32,000 bases of DNA, from the sequence record MN101228.1, one strand, 5' to 3'. The notes beneath the pieces are model-generated. The model did no database searches, was not told the DNA's origin, and saw only the letters and a list, made by a program, of their open reading frames with translations. The translations under genes were made by a program, and so were the position numbers. The DNA comes from Klebsiella phage KPN4. Numbering within the stretch: position 1 is the stretch's first letter; each line of letters begins with the position of its first letter. This document shows, in pieces, positions 30,901 through 32,000 of the stretch.

Positions 30901-31581
30901 GGAGGTTCCGCCGAGACTGGTAGGGCAAGACCATTTGTCCAGATGAATGGTGGTGCAGCCCCTTTCGGTAACGCCTACGTGGCGGCTATATCTATCGAAG
31001 ATCTGTCTATGGATGGAGCAGATGGAGCTACCGGTCCACAGGGTCCTCAGGGTGGTAAAGGAGATACGGGTTCTACAGGTCCTCAGGGTCCTCAAGGGGG
31101 CAAAGGGGATACCGGTCCTCAGGGTCCTCAGGGTAACAAGGGAGACAAAGGGGATACTGGTCCACAAGGTCCAGCGGGAAGCAGTGGTGCTAAAGGTGAG
31201 CGTGGTCCAGGGTTCTATACCCAGGCGATTGCAAACTTAACCGGGTGGAACGATACTCAAGCAGCATCTTTCTTCCAGTCAACCTTTGGTGGGCCTCCGG
31301 TTAAGTATGACGTACTAACCCAGTATAAGTCTGGTTCTCCGCAGAACTCCTGGACTCGTCAATGGAATGGCACAGCATGGACTGCTCCCGCATTAACTGT
31401 TCACGGTGATATGATCGTTTCCGGTTCTATTACCGCTGATAAGATTATTGCAAGCAACGCGTTCTTGGCTCAGATTGGTGTTGACGTTATCTATAACAGA
31501 GCGGCAGCACTTAGTTCTAATCCAGAGGGCAATTACACCATGAAAATAGACCTGCTTAACGGGTACATTCATATAAGGTAA
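21964..31581 (+). CDS. Giant central straight fibre protein, T5 pb4-like ends with expanded modular middle
   Basis: 3205 aa. The N-terminal ~500 aa resemble T5 pb4 ([81 protein letters not shown]). The C-terminus [52 protein letters not shown] is typical of central fibres. Seven collagen-like tracts. Confidence 0.88.
   Translation: [3205 protein letters not shown]
23839..23907 (+). repeat. Collagen-like Gly-X-Y tract 1
   Basis: [22 protein letters not shown]. Confidence 0.9.
23908..24252 (+). repeat. Fibre module A, copy 1
   Basis: [27 protein letters not shown]...[35 protein letters not shown]; related copies at about 26029, 26863 and 29023. Confidence 0.85.
24256..24723 (+). repeat. Fibre module B, copy 1 (jelly-roll/CBM-like)
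   Basis: [16 protein letters not shown]...[41 protein letters not shown]...[24 protein letters not shown]; other copies at about 26361, 27204 and 29359. Confidence 0.8.
24724..24831 (+). repeat. Collagen-like tract 2
   Basis: [36 protein letters not shown]. Confidence 0.9.
24823..25899 (+). repeat. Fibre module C, copy 1 (Ig-like plus second beta-sandwich-like part)
   Basis: [46 protein letters not shown]...[16 protein letters not shown]...[20 protein letters not shown]...; other copies at about 27835 and 29948. Confidence 0.85.
25900..26028 (+). repeat. Collagen-like tract 3
   Basis: [43 protein letters not shown]. Confidence 0.9.
26029..27681 (+). repeat. Two directly adjacent A-B module pairs (A2-B2-A3-B3) without intervening collagen or C module
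   Basis: [15 protein letters not shown] at ~26032 and [16 protein letters not shown] at ~26860, each followed by a B-type module. Confidence 0.8.
27682..27843 (+). repeat. Collagen-like tract 4
   Basis: [54 protein letters not shown]. Confidence 0.9.
27835..28902 (+). repeat. Fibre module C, copy 2
   Basis: [47 protein letters not shown]...[16 protein letters not shown]...[18 protein letters not shown]. Confidence 0.85.
28903..29022 (+). repeat. Collagen-like tract 5
   Basis: [40 protein letters not shown]. Confidence 0.9.
29023..29838 (+). repeat. Fibre modules A4-B4
   Basis: [33 protein letters not shown]... then [22 protein letters not shown]...[21 protein letters not shown]. Confidence 0.85.
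29839..29952 (+). repeat. Collagen-like tract 6
   Basis: [38 protein letters not shown]. Confidence 0.9.
29948..31014 (+). repeat. Fibre module C, copy 3
   Basis: [47 protein letters not shown]...[16 protein letters not shown]...[10 protein letters not shown]. Confidence 0.85.
31015..31212 (+). repeat. Collagen-like tract 7 (longest)
   Basis: [66 protein letters not shown]. Confidence 0.9.
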
Positions 31582-31584
31582 CAA

Positions 31585-32000
31585 ATGAGCACGGAAAACA
31601 GAGTAGTTGATATTATCCTTGATCAAAACGTATCATACGGACTGATGCTGCAGTTCATGGATATCGATGACTCTGCTTACCCAGCAACGGAAACCCCTGT
31701 CAATCTGACAGGGGTAACCCTTAAGTCTTCAATTAAAGACTCTCTGGAATCCACTGGGGTAAAATTAGCAGATTTCGTCGTAACAGTAGTGAATGCTACA
31801 CAAGGTCAGGCATCGCTAGGATTGACAGCGGCCACTGTGACAACAATCGTTAACAAAGCAAGTAAAGAACGAGATAAATATAATCCTAGACTTCGGTTCG
31901 CTGGTTACTACGATGTAATCATGACCAAAGGAACAGGAGCTACCGCTACCTCTTATAGAGTTATGGAAGGGAGCGTGTACGTCAGTGACGGAGTAACCGC
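31585..32000 (+). CDS. Partial CDS, putative baseplate collar protein (T5 p132 position); runs off the window
   Basis: ATG 31585 just after the fibre stop, open to the window end: MSTENRVVDIILDQNVSYGLMLQFMDIDDSAYPATETPVNLTGVTLKSSIKDSLE... SYRVMEGSVYVSDGVTA. Absent from the supplied ORF track. Confidence 0.7.
   Translation, partial: MSTENRVVDIILDQNVSYGLMLQFMDIDDSAYPATETPVNLTGVTLKSSIKDSLESTGVKLADFVVTVVNATQGQASLGLTAATVTTIVNKASKERDKYNPRLRFAGYYDVIMTKGTGATATSYRVMEGSVYVSDGVT

Noticed and set aside
23839-31212. Regularly spaced short G-rich repeats that could superficially suggest a CRISPR array or minisatellites
   Set aside because: They are in-frame Gly-X-Y codon repeats in a single ORF with spacings of hundreds to thousands of bases; no repeat/spacer geometry.
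1-32000. Search for an embedded defence, anti-defence, toxin-antitoxin or DGR system
   Set aside because: Nearly all sequence is accounted for by tightly packed structural genes; no reverse transcriptase, VR/TR pair, TA-like pair or other accessory module recognised.

Overview
This window is the late structural region of a T5-like siphophage, with every supportable gene on the + strand. The order is receptor-binding protein (T5 pb5/oad-like), small and large terminase, HNH endonuclease, portal (pb7-like), Ig-domain decoration protein (pb10-like), prohead protease (pb11-like), major capsid protein (pb8-like), head completion/connector, tail completion, tail terminator, major tail tube protein (pb6-like), baseplate tube protein (p140-like), two tail-assembly chaperone ORFs, tape measure (pb2-like), Dit (pb9-like), baseplate hub (pb3-like), a giant 3205-aa central straight fibre (pb4-like), and the start of a p132-like collar ORF. 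Homology calls come from recalled T5 protein sequences and gene order; no search was run. The most unusual feature is the central fibre. Its two ends look T5 pb4-like, but the middle is a modular array of about 7 kb: four copies of an A-B module pair and three copies of a long C module, joined by seven collagen-like Gly-X-Y tracts. Other points worth checking are a possible programmed frameshift (and a 14-codon mini-ORF) between the tail chaperone ORFs, a tube protein lacking the C-terminal Ig domain of T5 pb6 while the decoration protein carries two BIG2-like domains, degenerate 48-55 aa repeats in a long tape measure, and compact terminator/promoter cassettes. I found no convincing defence, CRISPR or mobile system.
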